A stretch of DNA of 32,000 nucleotides from Desulfocapsa sulfexigens DSM 10523 (GCF_000341395.1 NC_020304.1:1620001-1652000), one strand, 5' to 3'; positions 9,664 through 18,789 are shown, numbered from the stretch's first letter. A program made the numbers and translations. Notes: generated from the letters alone by a model not told the origin.

Positions 9664-10728
9664 ATGGTGAACTCCACCATCTGGAACCGGAAAAAACCTG
9701 TGAACTCAACCTTCAAACTAAGCGTTGTTTTTTTACTGATCCTTGTATGTTGGTTACCCGGGTGCATGCTAGTACTTCAACCGGAGCCTGTCCTTCCGAA
9801 CCTTGAGGTGTTTGAAGAAGGGGATGTGGTGGTAACCTTCGAGGGATCGATTGAATCCTGGCTTTTTTTTCTGGGTGGCCGGCCGGACAATATTGAGAGT
9901 ATTCATCCGTTTAGCCACACCGAGATGGTTTTCCGCAGTTTAGAGGGGGAATTGATGCTCGGTGGGGTTTTCGATGGAATGGTAAATTCTGCGCTTCTCA
10001 GGGAACGGATTAAAAAATTTCGGAGAATTGCTGTGTTTCGGGCTAAGGCAGGGCCGGAAAAAAGACAAAAGGCCGCTCGGGTGTTATCTGGCTGGCTTGC
10101 CAAAGATTCACAGGTGGCCAAAGCTAAATTTGATTACTCCATGAATTACCAGCCTGGCCGGACTGACGAATTTTTCTGCGCAGGAATTATCAACGAAGCC
10201 TGCCGAATCGCCGCACTGGAGCTACCCTTTAAATCGGTGGCTTTGGTCCCCAATGAACTCACCCGGCAGATTGAAGTGTTGCTCGGCGTCAAATTTGACA
10301 AAATATTGGGTATCGACACTATCTTTAGTTCTAACTATTATAACCATATTCTTTCCTGGGAAAATGATCAGATTGACAAGGATAGAATAGAATTTTCGAA
10401 ACAGATTGCTTTGTACCTGATGGCACAGTATGAGCAGGGGTGGCGTCTGAAATTGTCAGATGGGGTACATCTGTTTGCCAATATGGACACTATGCCGAAG
10501 ATCGGCCGAGCACAAATGTCCCTTCGAAGTTTTCAGAAAGCGGTTTTTAAAACCTGGAACCGATTGTCTCGGCGCGGGGAACTGGAGAAGCTTGATACCA
10601 TTGGCAAAACAGAGCTGCTTGCGACCATTTGTGATAAATACCGTGAAGAATATTTTGATTTGGCCGATGCTGCTGCTGTGGGTAATGATCATCAGCAGTT
10701 GCACACAGCCGTCCTTGCAATACCCTGA
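9664..10728 (+). CDS. lipoprotein with permuted papain-like / YiiX-type cysteine hydrolase features
   Basis: Lipobox 'VCWLPGC', N-terminal 'PFSHTEMVFR' (His) and downstream 'TDEFFCAGIINEAC' (Cys), i.e. the H-then-C order of permuted NlpC/P60-like folds. Confidence 0.55.
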   Translation: MVNSTIWNRKKPVNSTFKLSVVFLLILVCWLPGCMLVLQPEPVLPNLEVFEEGDVVVTFEGSIESWLFFLGGRPDNIESIHPFSHTEMVFRSLEGELMLGGVFDGMVNSALLRERIKKFRRIAVFRAKAGPEKRQKAARVLSGWLAKDSQVAKAKFDYSMNYQPGRTDEFFCAGIINEACRIAALELPFKSVALVPNELTRQIEVLLGVKFDKILGIDTIFSSNYYNHILSWENDQIDKDRIEFSKQIALYLMAQYEQGWRLKLSDGVHLFANMDTMPKIGRAQMSLRSFQKAVFKTWNRLSRRGELEKLDTIGKTELLATICDKYREEYFDLADAAAVGNDHQQLHTAVLAIP

Positions 10729-11485
10729 TGACCAGTTTGTCACCGATGAGTGGTTGCAAAAGAAAGCGATTCTGGCCAACGATTTTTTTGCTATCCATCG
10801 ACTACCGGCCGGGTACAATGGTAGCCTGATTCTCCTCCAAGCAAGCAGGATCGCTGTATCCATCCGGGAATGGTTGGATCTTCCCCCCCCTGTCATTCCA
10901 GTAAAAATACTGATTTTCTCTGCCAAAGAACCACTGGGCAGCCGTTTTTTGGAACAAAGCCGAACCCGTCATCAGGCAACTGGCTATTATGATCCTGGCA
11001 AACAGGTGCTGGTTGTTGTAGGGGAGGTAGATGATCCCCGCTTTTGGACCGTCCTGAACCATGAAATCAGTCATGCCGTGCTTTATAGCTGCATGCCAGG
11101 CAATATAGGGCTCCCTTTCTGGTTTAATGAAGGAGTGGCCACGCTTTTTGAGGGAGGTGTAGAGAACCTACAGCCACGAATCAATAATGAACGGCTGGAA
11201 TATATGCGCTATCACATTGACAAAAAAAGGCCCTTGGATATCCAAGGATTGATCCTCCTGTCCGGGTCTTCTCTGGACAACAGTAGCAGCACCTATGCTC
11301 GCGCTTGGGCAGTGACCGCATATCTTTATTTTTGTGGCTTGCCGGTGAGCACCTATGTGAAGGATTTTCCCAAAAAGGGGGCTTCAGAGATTGTGCGTTT
11401 TGAAAAATCTTTTTTATTGCCTCATGAAACCCTTGATGAATTTTCGACATCTTGTATCCAATGGATTGTGTCTCAGACACAATAA
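10631..11485 (+). CDS. lipoprotein metallopeptidase-like (gluzincin-type HExxH)
   Basis: 'LNHEISHAVLYSCMPGNIGLPFWFNEGVATLFEGG' = HExxH plus downstream NEG..; GTG at 10631 gives 'VINTVKNILIWPMLLLWVMIISSCTQ' with a lipobox. ORF-track start 10460 lies deep inside the upstream gene. Confidence 0.75.
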   Translation: MINTVKNILIWPMLLLWVMIISSCTQPSLQYPDDQFVTDEWLQKKAILANDFFAIHRLPAGYNGSLILLQASRIAVSIREWLDLPPPVIPVKILIFSAKEPLGSRFLEQSRTRHQATGYYDPGKQVLVVVGEVDDPRFWTVLNHEISHAVLYSCMPGNIGLPFWFNEGVATLFEGGVENLQPRINNERLEYMRYHIDKKRPLDIQGLILLSGSSLDNSSSTYARAWAVTAYLYFCGLPVSTYVKDFPKKGASEIVRFEKSFLLPHETLDEFSTSCIQWIVSQTQ

Positions 11486-11607
11486 ATTCCCCCATCTCGC
11501 TTTTGACACAAAGAGGTCATTCATTGAAAGGTCTCTTGTTAAGAAATAATTCATGCCTTAGAGGGAAGATTTGAATCTTTCATTATTAGGGAAAGCTTGT
11601 AAGAAAA

Positions 11608-12012
11608 TTATACACGTTCTTTGAGCAAATCACGTATTTCTGTAAGCAATGCTTCCTGCGCCGAGGGTTTTAGAGGCTCTGCAGGTGCTTCCTCTTCTTT
11701 TCGCTTAAGAGAGTTTATTCCTTTGATAATCATGAAAATTGTAAATGCGATAATTGTGAAATCGACCGCAGTCTGAATAAACTTTCCATAACTGATAACT
11801 ACAGCGGGTATATCCCCCGTCGCTTCTTGAATCGTGAAAGCCAACTTTGAGAAATCAATTCCACCAACTAGTACGCCTATTGGAGGCATAATAACATCAG
11901 CGACAAAGGAAGAAACGATTTTACCAAATGCTGCGCCAATAATGATGCCAACTGCCATATCCATTACATTTCCTTTCACGGCGAATTCTTTGAACTCTTT
12001 CATCATACCCAT
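11608..12012 (-). CDS. mscL: large-conductance mechanosensitive channel
   Basis: '[42 protein letters not shown]' and C-terminal '[11 protein letters not shown]'. Confidence 0.97.
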   Translation of the reverse strand: MGMMKEFKEFAVKGNVMDMAVGIIIGAAFGKIVSSFVADVIMPPIGVLVGGIDFSKLAFTIQEATGDIPAVVISYGKFIQTAVDFTIIAFTIFMIIKGINSLKRKEEEAPAEPLKPSAQEALLTEIRDLLKERV

Positions 12013-12315
12013 GATAAATTCTCCTCTAATTACGTTTGATGGTATAGAAAATATGGCTGTTTGTTTGATAATATAAATCTGGGGTTTGATCTGATCTTGC
12101 TACACGTTTCAATCAACAATTTTATCGCTTGTTCAAAAGGGGTATTATCTGTATAGCAGGTCAGTGTTTTTTCCTTCTAAGGAAGAAAAAATGTTATTTT
12201 AATCTGGAACCGATACCATACAGCCTAAAGAACAGGTCTGGTGGTCTGAAAATTGTGACCACCTTTATATTCTGTAGTATATCAATAATGAATGTAATAA
12301 AAGAAAAAGTTAATC

Positions 12316-12519
12316 ATGAATGGTGTTAATCGAAAAGATGTTAACGTTGGGTGCCGAGTCTTAATTGTTTTAAAACAGGATCAGCGTTCTGGAAAACTCA
12401 CAGAGGGGATTGTAAAAGAAATCCTGACAAAATCCCCAACCCATCCATATGGCATTAAAGTGCGCTTGGAAAGCGGTGCTGTTGGACGAGTTAAAAATAT
12501 TCAAAGTACCTCTAAGTGA
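12316..12519 (+). CDS. YwbE-like small protein
   Basis: 67 aa 'NRKDVNVGCRVLIVLKQDQRSGKLTEGIVKEILTKSPTHPYGIKVRLESGAVGRVKNI', the typical YwbE family sequence. Confidence 0.85.
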   Translation: MNGVNRKDVNVGCRVLIVLKQDQRSGKLTEGIVKEILTKSPTHPYGIKVRLESGAVGRVKNIQSTSK

Positions 12520-12525
12520 TAAAAA

Positions 12526-13866
12526 ATGGCCGACAATAACATTGTAGAATTAACCCCATTCCGTGCAGATCTTACCCGTGCAATGGCGCGTCGTGGTGAA
12601 CGACTTTTAGCGTCCACCGACTTGGCAGAGCAGGTTGCAGCTCTGGAACCCTTGGAAGCCTACTACATTGTCAGGGATGTCGGCTTTGATCAGGCCCTTC
12701 CTATTCTTCTTCAGCTCAATCAAAAACAATTGGAGACTTGTGTCGATCTTGATTGCTGGAACCGTCACGACTTCGCTGTCACCAGTCTTGATGAATGGCT
12801 GACTGCTTTTTCACTTGCTGGTCCAGAAATTCTGGCGGAGACGTTCTTCTCACTGGACTATGTGGTTCAGCTTCTTTTTATGGCTAAAACCGTAACGGTG
12901 TACGACCCTGATACCGATGAGGTTCCGCAAATGGTCATGGAGGGAAACACGTCTCGGGCCATGACTCCGGATGGTTTTTATCTCTTGGAGTCCAAGGAAG
13001 ACGTTAACCTCAAAATACATCCTTTTACTCTGTTGGACGCCTTGTACCAATACGACTTGACGGCTGCTCATCAACTCCTTAGCGAGGTTCGCGTGGATCT
13101 GTCAATTCAGATTGAAGAAGAAGCCTTACATTTCCGTAGTGGTCGTATGCAGGATATTGGTTTTGTGCCTCCCGACGAAGCTGTCCTTCTTTTTACTCGG
13201 CCGGATATTCGCAAATCATCACCTCGACCTCAAAAGCCAATTGGTGGTCCAGTTAGTCACGTACCATCCGTCTATGCAAAATCCTTGATCGAGACCACCC
13301 TGTTACAACAGGCTTTGTCCCTGATAACAAGCCAGGAAGAGCTGTCACGTCTGGAGCAGGAGATTGTCTGGACTATAAACAGTGCAATTGTTGCCTATGG
13401 GGAAAAGACGCAGGATACGAAACAGATTTCCGACATTGCAGAACGGGTGCGGGACACAATTTCTCTAGGTTTGGAATCATTGTTGGCTAAAGATGCATTT
13501 GAGAACCAAGTGGACAATGTAACAGCTGTCGCCAAAGCATCCGACTTGTTGGGCAGTTGCTATATAAGTGACCTGTTTCGGCACGGTTTTGCTGCCACAC
13601 AAGACCTCCAGCAGGAGATACGACTGGCTCTTCGTGATTCTGTATTTCGCGCCTGGTATGATCTTGCCGAGAGCGAGCAGTCCGATGATCCTGAGGATCG
13701 TCTGGAGCGTGCCTTTGTGTCTGCGTTACTGGGGCGTCATCCCTTGCGCGGTGGTTTTGATCTGGCTAAGGTTGAGGATGTTAAGGCTTTTGCCTGTCTG
13801 GCTGAGATCGATGCAGCTCACGTCCGTTTGCAACTGTTGGTCGCCAATATCTGTGGTTTGTCCTGA
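12526..13866 (+). CDS. DUF6178-like protein
   Basis: Long ORF starting 6 bp after the ywbE-like gene; 'DYVVQLLFMAKTVTVYDPDTDEVP' and 'DIGFVPPDEAVLLFTRPD' recalled from this family (not searched). Confidence 0.6.
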   Translation: MADNNIVELTPFRADLTRAMARRGERLLASTDLAEQVAALEPLEAYYIVRDVGFDQALPILLQLNQKQLETCVDLDCWNRHDFAVTSLDEWLTAFSLAGPEILAETFFSLDYVVQLLFMAKTVTVYDPDTDEVPQMVMEGNTSRAMTPDGFYLLESKEDVNLKIHPFTLLDALYQYDLTAAHQLLSEVRVDLSIQIEEEALHFRSGRMQDIGFVPPDEAVLLFTRPDIRKSSPRPQKPIGGPVSHVPSVYAKSLIETTLLQQALSLITSQEELSRLEQEIVWTINSAIVAYGEKTQDTKQISDIAERVRDTISLGLESLLAKDAFENQVDNVTAVAKASDLLGSCYISDLFRHGFAATQDLQQEIRLALRDSVFRAWYDLAESEQSDDPEDRLERAFVSALLGRHPLRGGFDLAKVEDVKAFACLAEIDAAHVRLQLLVANICGLS

Positions 13867-13910
13867 TATCCCTGATCAAGTAATGATCACAAGTAAAAAG
13901 AAGAAGTAAA

Positions 13911-13981
13911 AAGGGTCGGAGTGAAATTAAATCGAGAACAACGGTAAAGTACTGATAGTTTGATTTCACTCTGGCCCCTCC
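13911..13981. repeat. ~70-bp inverted-repeat element, copy 1
   Basis: AAGGGTCGGAGTGAAATTAAA ... TTTGATTTCACTCTGGCCCC; near-complementary arms around 'acggtaaagtactgat'. Similar copy at 16574-16642. Confidence 0.8.
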
Positions 13982-14604
13982 AATTCCTTGTCATCGCAAT
14001 CGGCTGGTAAGAAGGTGATTTTGAAAAAGCTATTACCACCCGCGGGAGTATATTCACCTGTATGTAAGCTCACTGTTACGAGTTCATCCTTCAATTGCGA
14101 AAGACTAGCACTCATTAAAATGCGTGCTTTGATCTTAAGGTCCCCTGCAAAGCATATGGTGTCTTGATCATTGTCCTGTCGTTCCGAAATGCCACCGTAT
14201 GTCTCTTCTTTGCATACGACCTTGAATGGCCCTTCTGTGGTATACAAACGTATTCTTGTTCTTCCTCCATGCAAATGCACATGTTTAGTGACTGTGTAGC
14301 AACCCACTCTCACTTTTGTTGGGGTATCCACTTCTATTGTACCTTCGAGGTCGACAGCAAAGGTGCAAATACTTTTCTTCTCATTGTCGACAAGCCATCG
14401 CGAAGTTGCGATAGCGCTACCCTCGATTTCAATCATATCAGATGTGCTGTTCAAAGTTACACTATCACCGCAATGTTTGTTGTTCACGGACTCCAGAACC
14501 TTAAAGCCTGTTACTTCCCAATTGGCATAGCCAAAGGCAAAAACACTGGATTGTGAAAGAGTGATAAGAAGTACGAGCGTAACAGCTAGCAAAGAATATC
14601 TCAT
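13966..14604 (-). CDS. secreted protein of unknown function (Cys-containing)
   Basis: Signal peptide 'MRYSLLAVTLVLLITLSQSSVFA', 212 aa; its stop codon lies inside the right arm of the repeat element. Confidence 0.7.
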   Translation of the reverse strand: MRYSLLAVTLVLLITLSQSSVFAFGYANWEVTGFKVLESVNNKHCGDSVTLNSTSDMIEIEGSAIATSRWLVDNEKKSICTFAVDLEGTIEVDTPTKVRVGCYTVTKHVHLHGGRTRIRLYTTEGPFKVVCKEETYGGISERQDNDQDTICFAGDLKIKARILMSASLSQLKDELVTVSLHTGEYTPAGGNSFFKITFLPADCDDKELEGPE

Positions 14605-14675
14605 AATGTCCTCAAAACTTACTCTGATCCCTTTATTTGTTATTTGTTAATTTATCTTTGGCGCTATTCTATCCG

Positions 14676-16109
14676 TTAATAGAGACGGGTTGTAAGAGGA
14701 GCTGCCTTTGGACAAAATGGATTGGTGGTAAACAGGCGACCATAGGCTTTATATGTGTCTTTAAAACAATGCCCTTTTACCATGACACAAAATTCAAAAT
14801 TATCACATTCATAGCATGAAGAATTTTTAAAGTTTTCTTTTCTAGGATATGCTAGTTCCTTTAACTCTTGAGAGTTCCATACTGATTCAAGACTCGAGTC
14901 AGTTAAATCACCAACTAAAAAAGGTCCATTTTGCGGTACTTCCTCACAAATAGACACCTTTCCATCCGGTGCGATAATAAGTGAACTGCGGCCAGAAGAA
15001 CAACTGGGTCGATCTTTGAGCCAGTAATGAGCCCGCTCCTGATCGCTCATCATCGTCGGCTCGGGTAATCGATTATGGAAAATAGTTATTCCATCTGAAC
15101 CATACTTGTTTGCCAGCCAGTTCATTTTATCATCGAATTCTAGGAGTTGGTTCTCTCCTAATAGTATAGAATTGTTGTCTTTGTTCATTGATCGAAAAGC
15201 AGGTGAAAATTTCATTTCACAAATCCCGAGGTCACGGAGTGTAATGATTATATCTTCCAATTGATCAAAGTTGTGTTGAGTTATAATACTATTGGTACGA
15301 GTAAATATCTGTGTGTCTCGTAAATTCTCAAGGGTTTTAATAATCCGAGCATGTTGTCCAGATCGTCCTAAGATTAAATCCCCGGTCGATGAATTTGCGG
15401 CATCAACGCTTACTTGAAGATAATCAAGTCCTACTTCTTCAAGCCGCCGCACAATCTGTTTGTCGAGAAAAGCTTTGGTGGACATATCTACAACTATCCC
15501 AAGCTTTAAAGCATGCGCAATAATTTCAATTACGTCTGGATGACAGAAGGGATCACCGCCGCAAAAATTAACTTGGTTAGTGCCAAGTCTTCCCATCTCA
15601 TCGATTAATTCCAGAATCCGACTAGTTGCCAATTGGTAGTTGCCAGGAACTTTTCTTCGACAAGCGTAACAATATATACAGTCAGCCTGGCAGTTAAAAG
15701 TGATTTGAAAGATCAAAGAAATCGGCGCTTCAAGCCTTGTTTTCATGTCAAGGTGTTGCGCTGGAATAATGAAATCCGATGGATTAAATCGTTTAACTAT
15801 TTTGCCGACTGCATCTCGAATAAGCATCTTACCGTCTGGAGTGATGTAATTCAAAACCTCCATTAACTGTTTCCTGGAATCGGTGATGGGCAGACCTGAA
15901 AGGAATGAAATTATACCTACGACCTCCCCAACAGTTCGTTTCCCATCCAGAAGTGAAAAAATTGAAGCAGCTGGGGAGGGTAATACACCATACTCAAGTT
16001 CGAGATGAGGAAGATAGGAGATAACAACTTTTGTTTTTTCTCGACGCATGAAGACAAAAGGAGAAATTCCTAATACTTCATTGTCTCTAAATCCTTTTTC
16101 ATCAAGCAT
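14676..16109 (-). CDS. radical SAM/SPASM peptide maturase with N-terminal PqqD-like (RRE) region
   Basis: Cluster motif 'FNCQADCIYCYAC' (CxxxCxxC); 'GGDPFCHPD'; C-terminal SPASM-type cysteines 'CSSGRSSLIIAPDGKVSICEE...CYECDNFEFC...FCPKA'; N-terminal 'SIFSLLDGKRTVGEVVGII' PqqD-like. Confidence 0.93.
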   Translation of the reverse strand: MLDEKGFRDNEVLGISPFVFMRREKTKVVISYLPHLELEYGVLPSPAASIFSLLDGKRTVGEVVGIISFLSGLPITDSRKQLMEVLNYITPDGKMLIRDAVGKIVKRFNPSDFIIPAQHLDMKTRLEAPISLIFQITFNCQADCIYCYACRRKVPGNYQLATSRILELIDEMGRLGTNQVNFCGGDPFCHPDVIEIIAHALKLGIVVDMSTKAFLDKQIVRRLEEVGLDYLQVSVDAANSSTGDLILGRSGQHARIIKTLENLRDTQIFTRTNSIITQHNFDQLEDIIITLRDLGICEMKFSPAFRSMNKDNNSILLGENQLLEFDDKMNWLANKYGSDGITIFHNRLPEPTMMSDQERAHYWLKDRPSCSSGRSSLIIAPDGKVSICEEVPQNGPFLVGDLTDSSLESVWNSQELKELAYPRKENFKNSSCYECDNFEFCVMVKGHCFKDTYKAYGRLFTTNPFCPKAAPLTTRLY

Positions 16110-16127
16110 ATAAGTTTCAGATAATAA

Positions 16128-16508
16128 TCATGTTGCTTTTGAACCACAGACTTGCCCATATGTACATGTAACGGGACCACCACCAGAATTTTTACCGCAG
16201 ACTTCATTTCCACATGTCCCGCTAGACTTACAGGTAACATCTGCATCAGAATTGCACGCTGAACCGGTACAAGCACCACCATCACAACTCGAGCTTGCAA
16301 GACAGGCCACGTGCGAACAAACTCCTGCCAAACAATCGTCAGGCCAGATCTTCGCTTCATTAACGATACCGATGAAGTCTTCATAGCCTGCTTCCTTATA
16401 AGCGTTCTTCAATTTAAGCCATACTTCCGAGGACTCTCCCTGACATGCGTTATCCACAATTGATTTTAGAAATTTTAAATCTCGACCTTCTTGTTTTTTT
16501 ACTGACAT
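16128..16508 (-). CDS. Cys-rich candidate RiPP precursor peptide
   Basis: 126 aa; strong SD (GTGAGGAG) before ATG; 58-aa leader-like N-terminus, then 11 Cys at residues 59,64,69,75,80,85,93,99,104,115,121; ends 18 bp upstream of the radical SAM start. Confidence 0.85.
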   Translation of the reverse strand: MSVKKQEGRDLKFLKSIVDNACQGESSEVWLKLKNAYKEAGYEDFIGIVNEAKIWPDDCLAGVCSHVACLASSSCDGGACTGSACNSDADVTCKSSGTCGNEVCGKNSGGGPVTCTYGQVCGSKAT

Positions 16509-16573
16509 GTTTTCTCCTCACTCACATTGACCCAGAGGGTAATGTCCCAAAACTTGATTAGTTGAGTAGTAAT

Positions 16574-16642
16574 AAAGGACAGAGTAAAATTATAGCGAGA
16601 GCGACGGTAAAGTGCTGATGGGTTGATTTCACTCTGCCCCCT
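16574..16642. repeat. ~70-bp inverted-repeat element, copy 2
   Basis: aaaggacagagtaaaattatagcgagagcgacggtaaagtgctgatgggttgatttcactctgcccc; same orientation as copy 1 with the shared core 'acggtaaagt.ctgat'. Confidence 0.8.
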
Positions 16643-16662
16643 TTGTTTCTGTAATAAATGAT

Positions 16663-17049
16663 TTAAGGGTGTGATGGTATTTTTCCAGGTGTGCTTTTCT
16701 TACCTTCTGTTGCATAGCCATCTCGTTTCCACCAATCGAGGCCACCAAGCAATTCTTTAACCTTAAATCCAAGTTTTGAGAATTTAAGCGCACCTTTTGT
16801 TGAGGCATTGCAACCAATGCCATCGCAGTAAGTTACATATGTTTTCGTTTTGTCAAGATTACTTGTTGTTAGTTCGGACGTAGTGCTATGAGGAAAATTC
16901 ACTGATGAAGGAATATGCTCAACTTCAAAAGCTTGTTTTGACCGAGCATCTACAACAATGATATCTTGATTATTTTCCAAAGCCTCAAACAGATCCCACG
17001 AGTCTGTTTCATAGTTTAATTTTGCCTCGTAAAACTCAATTTGATTCAT
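16663..17049 (-). CDS. rhodanese-domain protein
   Basis: 'IIVVDARSKQAFEVEHIPSSVNFPH' and 'YVTYCDGIGCNASTKGALKFSKLGFKVKELLGGLDWWKRDGY'. Confidence 0.93.
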   Translation of the reverse strand: MNQIEFYEAKLNYETDSWDLFEALENNQDIIVVDARSKQAFEVEHIPSSVNFPHSTTSELTTSNLDKTKTYVTYCDGIGCNASTKGALKFSKLGFKVKELLGGLDWWKRDGYATEGKKSTPGKIPSHP

Positions 17050-17090
17050 AGCTATTGTTCCTTTGCGTATCGAAGAATTAAGCAGCAGCG

Positions 17091-17138
17091 TGGGGTGAAA
17101 TTGAGCGGAAGCCCGCGCCGTCCGCTGGAATGATGGGC
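17091..17138 (-). repeat. weak attC-like imperfect inverted repeat
   Basis: Minus strand GCCCATCATTCCAGCGGACGGCGCGGGCTTCCGCTCAATTTCACCCC, 4 bp downstream of the stop of the 17143..18450 gene; inner arms pair, outer boxes degenerate. Confidence 0.3.
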
Positions 17139-17142
17139 TTGG

Positions 17143-18450
17143 CTATTCCACATTTTTACCTGATTCAATTGCTTCATATTCTTCAGGGTAATGCTCTTTC
17201 ATACAATCAGGGCATATGCCGTGACTGATATTTGCGTCAGAATTTTTGTGAATATAAACATCCACTTGTTCCCAGTATCCTTTGTCGTCACGAACTTTTT
17301 TACAAAATGAACAAAGAGGCAGAATCCCTTGTAAGGTTTTAATTTCATCAAAAGCCTTATTGAGTTCTTTAACATGTCTTTCTAGTTCTGCTTCTGCTTG
17401 TTTATGTGCTTCAATTTTTTTAGACAGTATGATGTTTGACTTATATATTTTTACTGCCATCAGTACGATTGAAATTAGGAGGATAAAAATGATTACGGTC
17501 TGGATCATATGCTGGGTGATGAAGCCACGGACAGTAATTATGCCGTAATCCTTATAGGGTCCGACGCGCAATTCTTTTAAAAGCTCATGCGCCTGTTGAT
17601 AATCGTAGGGAAGCGTCCATTCTTGGAACCCTGCCTTTTGAGCTACAGGGCTGTTGCTCTCAAGAGACAGCAGAGCTTTAGCGACATCCTTACTTAACTC
17701 ATTGGTTGCATTACGGGTCTTAGCAAAAGCCCATTCTGGATAAAGCTCTGAGCTTACCATCATGGGGAAGTCAGGATAATGCTTGGGGGCTAAAACACGA
17801 AAATTATCAAGATCAATCCGATTTGATTCTGAGAACTTCTCCAACATACCAGTTCTAATAACCGCGACATCTACAACCCCATCCAATACAGCCTGTATCT
17901 CCTTAGGCTGATCGCCAAGAAATTTTACTTCTTTGGCATCGTTATATGGATAAAAACCATGAGTCAGCATCTCCTTATAGCCGACCAGCCAACCGCCAAA
18001 GCCAAGTTTAGCAACACCACAGATGGTTTTGCCATATAAGTCTTCTATTGTTTTTATCCCACTATCAGCACGGGTGATTAATGTTGAGCCGAACTCGGCC
18101 ACTCCCCCTTTTTTTACCATTGTGAGGATGCGGGATATGCCAAAGTTCAACTCGAGATCCACATAAATTGCGGGCTGGGTAATAACGAAATCTATTTCCT
18201 GGTTTAAAACAAGGTTCCTAATACGGTCGAGTTCAATAGGCGGAACAGGAATCAGCCTAAAGTCATATTGAGGCAGAGACAATTGGAGGTAATCGATGGT
18301 TGGTTGCCATTCATCCTTGGCTATTTCAACTCCAGAGAGTGCAACAACCAGGACGTTTACCTTGTTCTGTTCATGGCTCTCAATGTGTTTAAATCCGGTA
18401 AGCGAAAGGAAACAAAATAATGCAATTAAACTTGCAATAAAACGTTTCAT
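17143..18450 (-). CDS. PhnD-like periplasmic-binding sensor with TM helix, coiled coil and C-terminal Cys4-type module; no output domain
   Basis: 'VLVVALSGVEIAKDEWQPTIDYLQLSLPQYDFRLIPVPP'; 'LQGILPLCSFCKKVRDDKGYWEQVDVYIHKNSDANISHGICPDCMKEHYPEEY', a tail often seen at the end of PAS/kinase proteins. Confidence 0.85.
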   Translation of the reverse strand: MKRFIASLIALFCFLSLTGFKHIESHEQNKVNVLVVALSGVEIAKDEWQPTIDYLQLSLPQYDFRLIPVPPIELDRIRNLVLNQEIDFVITQPAIYVDLELNFGISRILTMVKKGGVAEFGSTLITRADSGIKTIEDLYGKTICGVAKLGFGGWLVGYKEMLTHGFYPYNDAKEVKFLGDQPKEIQAVLDGVVDVAVIRTGMLEKFSESNRIDLDNFRVLAPKHYPDFPMMVSSELYPEWAFAKTRNATNELSKDVAKALLSLESNSPVAQKAGFQEWTLPYDYQQAHELLKELRVGPYKDYGIITVRGFITQHMIQTVIIFILLISIVLMAVKIYKSNIILSKKIEAHKQAEAELERHVKELNKAFDEIKTLQGILPLCSFCKKVRDDKGYWEQVDVYIHKNSDANISHGICPDCMKEHYPEEYEAIESGKNVE

Positions 18451-18789
18451 AAGAGTTGGTTGCCTATAGTAGACGTTTAACGATCAATGTCACTTGCACC
18501 ATCAATGAATTTGCAGCGTCAGCGCCGCCGTGTTTCTCGGCGTCAAGTGAACAGCCATGATAATAAATATGGCCTTGCCTTGGATGAAATAGAATAGTGG
18601 AAGCACGACCAAGCATATTTACTCAAACCAAAGGAAGCCATTTTGTGAAATTTTAGACCAAACAACATTTGTATTACTGCGGAATCGATCTTCATGCCAG
18701 AAAAATGTATGTCGTTGTAATCAATGATAAAGGAAAAATGCTCCTCCACAAAAACATCAAAACTTATACAGATGAAAAGATGATAGTTA

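Noticed and set aside
10460-10630. N-terminal extension of the HExxH lipoprotein as given in the ORF track
   Set aside because: Lies inside the preceding gene and would bury the lipoprotein signal; GTG 10631 is a better start.
15633-15866. 77-aa plus-strand ORF opposite the radical SAM gene
   Set aside because: Antisense to a clearly conserved enzyme.
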